Of a stretch of 64,000 nt of DNA, positions 61,347 through 64,000 are shown piece by piece. A model generated the notes under the pieces. That model made no database searches. It saw only the letters and a program-made list of their open reading frames with translations, and was not told the origin of the DNA. Origin of the DNA: an uncultured Thermoleophilaceae bacterium (GTDB lineage: Bacteria > Actinomycetota > Thermoleophilia > Solirubrobacterales > Thermoleophilaceae); contig CAVVIK010000003.1 of assembly GCA_963748315.1 (NCBI GenBank), forward strand, positions 4,996 through 68,995. The letters run 5' to 3'. How positions within the stretch are numbered: the stretch's first letter is position 1; every line of letters begins with the position of its first letter. The translations under genes were made by a program, and so were the position numbers.

Positions 61347-63602
61347 CTACGGCTCGTAGTCCCTGCACGGCTCGCCCCTGAGCCCGGGACACGGCGGCAG
61401 CTCGGTCGGGACGTCCACGCCGGGCACCACCGGCAGGATCAGGCGCGACGGCCTGTTCGCGGAGCGGGCGATCTCGACCTTCGCGCGCCGCTTCTTCGGC
61501 TTCGGCTCTTCGAACGCCCAAATCGGCTGGTCGCCGTTCGGGTCGCTGATGGTCACGCGGATCTGCGAGTCGGCCCGGTACGCGTGCCCCTGGTAGTAGA
61601 GCGGGATGACGACCTTCACGAAGCGGTCGTCCGGCATCGGCTTCACATCCCGCGCCCGGAGGCTGAGCACCGGCCGCAGCAGCGTGCTCTGCTTCCGGTC
61701 GAGCTTGCGCATCTCGCCGCGCACCCATCCGCTCTGCACGAACGTCTCCTTGCCGTCAGGCCGGACCTCGGTGACGGTGGCGATGAGGTCGACGGTCGGC
61801 TTCGACGAGCGGACCCAGGCGTGCACCGCGCCCGAGCCGATGACCGTCGTGTCCTCGCTCAGCGGCTCGCTCACATATGAGAGGCGGTTGCCTTCGGGCG
61901 CCTGCACCCAGTCGTAGGCGGGCGTCGCCGTCCACAGCCCGTTCTCGCCCGCGGCCGTGCTCGTGCCCTCGATGAGGTCGGTGAGCGGCTTCGTCTTGGC
62001 GTTCCACTTGAACGAGTCGACCCCCTCGCCGCCGGGCGGGTCGGCCTGGAGCGCGCCGTCGGCGCCGAAGTACCACGAGCTCGCGGTGGTGTCGGGCACC
62101 GGGAAACTCGAGAACGACTGCTCGTAGCCCGGGTTGGGCTTGCCCGGGTCGCCGCCCGCACCGTTGTCGAACAGAATCCGGATCGGCTCCTGCGCCTCGA
62201 ACGCTGCGAGCGCGCCGTCGTAGCTCGGCTCCTCCTGAATCGGGTCCGGCGGCAGCTGCTGACCTTCGACTCCCATCGCGGCCTCGTAGATGAGCGGCGC
62301 CGCGGCGCGGATTCCCGCCTGATTCTTCATCGGCGTGTCTCTGGCCACGTACAGCGTCAAGAAGTCGTACCAGCGGTTGAACGTCTCCGGCGCGAGTGAG
62401 TCAACGTGCGTTCCGTTCGTGAACGTGAACCACTTCTTGTCGGTGCCGGTGAAGCGCTCGGGCAGCGTCGGGCAGTGGCCGCCGGTCTGCTCGTCCGTCC
62501 ACTGGCAGGCCATGAAGACGGGCACGTCGATCTCGTCGACGAACGTGACCGGCGACAGCGGGTCCGCGACCTTCGGCCGGTACGTGTTGTTGGCGCGAAC
62601 CTTCTTGATCAGCTTGGCGGCCTCGCCGTGCATGACCTGGTTCTCCTCGCAGGTCTCGTCGCCCTCCTGGATCCGCTTGTACGCCCACTCCTGGCCGTCC
62701 TCGGGACCGGCGGGCCTGGCCTCCTCTGCGCGCTCCTTCGCCCAGTTGAACGCGAAGCCCGTGTTCAGGATCCCGCCCGGGTAGAGCGTCGTCTGCACCT
62801 GGTCGATCACCGACAGCGGTGAGATCGCGGCGAGGCTCGGCGGCCTGGTCTGCGCGGTGAAGAGCTGGCTGATCCCGCCGTACGAGATCCCCATCATCCC
62901 GACCTTGCCGAACTTGACCCACGGCTGGCGGGAGATGGTCTCGACGATGTCGTAGCCGTCGAGGCTCTGCAGCGGCTCGAAGAAGTCGAATGCGCCGCCC
63001 GAACAGCCGGTGCCGCGCATGTTCACGTCGACGACGGTGAAGCCCATCAAATTCGCGAGGATCGAGATGCCGCTCTGCGGGCCGGCCGGGTCCGCGTAGC
63101 CGTAGCCCGAGTACTCGATCAACGTCGGCGTCGGGCCGGCGGGAACGTGCGGGACGTAGCCGGTCGGAAGCGCGTTCGACACGTCCTCCGGCGGGTGCAC
63201 GTAGATCGCGAGCTTGGTGCCGTCGCGGGTGGTCAGGTACTGGTAGCCGCTGTCCGCGATCTGCTGCTCGTAGCTGTCCTCGTTCGGCGGTGCCGAGCGC
63301 TCCGAGAAGACGGTCAGCCGCTCGGACTTCGCCCCTCCCGAGCGGACGCGGTACTCGCCCGGCTTCACCTTGCGGAACAGCAGGCCGCCCAGCTCGTTCG
63401 CCCGCCTGGTCGCGATCGTCTCGCCCGACCTGACGAGCTTCGTGCGCGCGCCCGCCTCGAGCCCGGTGACGTACACCTGCTTCGCGCTGGCGTTCGCGCT
63501 GAAAGGCGCCTCGGCGGCACCTGCGGCCGCCGGAAACGCGAGTGCCGCCCCGGCGACCAGGAACAGACCGGCTCCCCTGATCACAGCCGCGGACTCAATC
63601 AC
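61347..63602 (-). CDS. CocE/NonD family hydrolase (S15 X-Pro dipeptidyl-peptidase-like), secreted
   Basis: The 751-aa ORF has a signal peptide GLFLVAGAALAFPAAAGAAEA. RDGTKLAIYVHPP, VVDVNMRGTGCSGG and the nucleophile region GMMGISYGG are present. The C-terminus is a beta-sandwich region. Confidence 0.8.
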   Translation of the reverse strand: MIESAAVIRGAGLFLVAGAALAFPAAAGAAEAPFSANASAKQVYVTGLEAGARTKLVRSGETIATRRANELGGLLFRKVKPGEYRVRSGGAKSERLTVFSERSAPPNEDSYEQQIADSGYQYLTTRDGTKLAIYVHPPEDVSNALPTGYVPHVPAGPTPTLIEYSGYGYADPAGPQSGISILANLMGFTVVDVNMRGTGCSGGAFDFFEPLQSLDGYDIVETISRQPWVKFGKVGMMGISYGGISQLFTAQTRPPSLAAISPLSVIDQVQTTLYPGGILNTGFAFNWAKERAEEARPAGPEDGQEWAYKRIQEGDETCEENQVMHGEAAKLIKKVRANNTYRPKVADPLSPVTFVDEIDVPVFMACQWTDEQTGGHCPTLPERFTGTDKKWFTFTNGTHVDSLAPETFNRWYDFLTLYVARDTPMKNQAGIRAAAPLIYEAAMGVEGQQLPPDPIQEEPSYDGALAAFEAQEPIRILFDNGAGGDPGKPNPGYEQSFSSFPVPDTTASSWYFGADGALQADPPGGEGVDSFKWNAKTKPLTDLIEGTSTAAGENGLWTATPAYDWVQAPEGNRLSYVSEPLSEDTTVIGSGAVHAWVRSSKPTVDLIATVTEVRPDGKETFVQSGWVRGEMRKLDRKQSTLLRPVLSLRARDVKPMPDDRFVKVVIPLYYQGHAYRADSQIRVTISDPNGDQPIWAFEEPKPKKRRAKVEIARSANRPSRLILPVVPGVDVPTELPPCPGLRGEPCRDYEP

Positions 63603-63627
63603 AGCCCGGCTCTGCGGCGTCGCAGTG

Positions 63628-63969
63628 TCACTCCGCCCTGATCAGCTCGCCGTCAGGGTTCAGCTCGACGAAGTGCGACGCATCGCCCTGGCGGTAGCGG
63701 TGGCACTGGTTCTCGGCGTCGTCGTCGACGTCCTCGCGCGGGTCGTGTGCCACATCGGCAACCCAGTCCGCCAGCTCCGGCAGCGACTCGGCTAGGCACG
63801 GCCCCTTGTCCAGGTCGTCGCCGCGCGTGAGCGCCTGCTGGTACGCCTGCTGCGCCGCCGCCACCGCCCGGCTGCGCTCGTCGTCGGAGACGTCATCGCC
63901 GCCGCCGCATCCGGCGAGGGCGATCGCCGTCAGCGCTGTCGCAACCGCGATCTCAGAGCGCGAACGCAA
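63628..63969 (-). CDS. hypothetical lipoprotein
   Basis: The lipobox is MRSRSEIAVATALTAIALAGCGG. The mature part is acidic. Confidence 0.55.
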   Translation of the reverse strand: MRSRSEIAVATALTAIALAGCGGGDDVSDDERSRAVAAAQQAYQQALTRGDDLDKGPCLAESLPELADWVADVAHDPREDVDDDAENQCHRYRQGDASHFVELNPDGELIRAE

Positions 63970-64000
63970 TGAGCAGCACGACGAGCAGGACCACCACGCC
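63953..64000 (-). CDS. 3' end of a membrane protein gene running off the window
   Basis: The reverse translation reads GVVVLLVVLLIAFAL*, with the stop at 63953-63955. It overlaps the next gene's start by 17 nt. Only 16 codons are visible. Confidence 0.25.
   Translation of the reverse strand, partial: GVVVLLVVLLIAFAL

Noticed and set aside
1-64000. Defence systems, toxin-antitoxin pairs, CRISPR, transposases, prophage genes
   Set aside because: I scanned all ORFs longer than 60 aa for hallmark motifs: nucleases and helicases of RM, BREX or DISARM systems, Cas proteins, DDE or serine/tyrosine recombinases, and capsid/terminase genes. None was recognisable. The only mobility signature is the tRNA-Glu direct repeat.

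Overview
Very high-GC, actinobacterial-type chromosomal DNA (frequent GTG/TTG starts and 4-nt start/stop overlaps; the taxon is inference only). The window falls into two parts.

(1) nt 1 to ~13,400 holds eleven recognisable genes: S51 peptidase, a conserved hypothetical, S9 peptidase, ATP-dependent DNA ligase, an ABC-2 permease and ATPase, a P-type ATPase, DUF971, YbjQ, polyphosphate kinase and CYTH. Each can be read only by hopping between reading frames, usually several times per gene. This is either decay or poor or chimeric consensus.

(2) From ~13,445 to 64,000 the genes are mostly intact, with about ten sporadic single frame breaks.

The standout is a minus-strand, translationally coupled six-gene operon (24,147 down to 17,286) behind a canonical cobalamin riboswitch (~24,183-24,348). 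It encodes:
- three different secreted or lipoprotein paralogues carrying a DUF4430 (transcobalamin-like C-terminal) domain;
- EcfT;
- a fused EcfA-EcfA' ATPase;
- an ECF S-component fused to an extracytoplasmic prenyltransferase/squalene-cyclase-type alpha/alpha toroid.

I read this as a corrinoid-capture ECF importer whose toroid and DUF4430 parts together resemble a split bacterial transcobalamin.

Other notable items:
- tRNA-Glu(CTC), whose 3' 22 nt are repeated 2.1 kb downstream, bracketing an AT-richer two-gene insert with no integrase;
- tRNA-Leu(CAG);
- a membrane protein with a 132-nt tandem duplication built from 27-nt PEPVVDVVP units;
- a fatty-acid hydroxylase / methyltransferase / WS-DGAT lipid cluster;
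- an ECF sigma / anti-sigma pair;
- a cysteine-free Rrf2 regulator next to GT-C-like membrane proteins and an FMN hydroxy-acid oxidase;
- RTX-type calcium-binding proteins;
- a frame-broken penicillin acylase;
- two enzymes whose conserved N-termini lack any canonical start codon.

I saw no CRISPR array, transposase, integrase or recognisable defence system. All domain calls rest on motif recognition by eye, without database searches.
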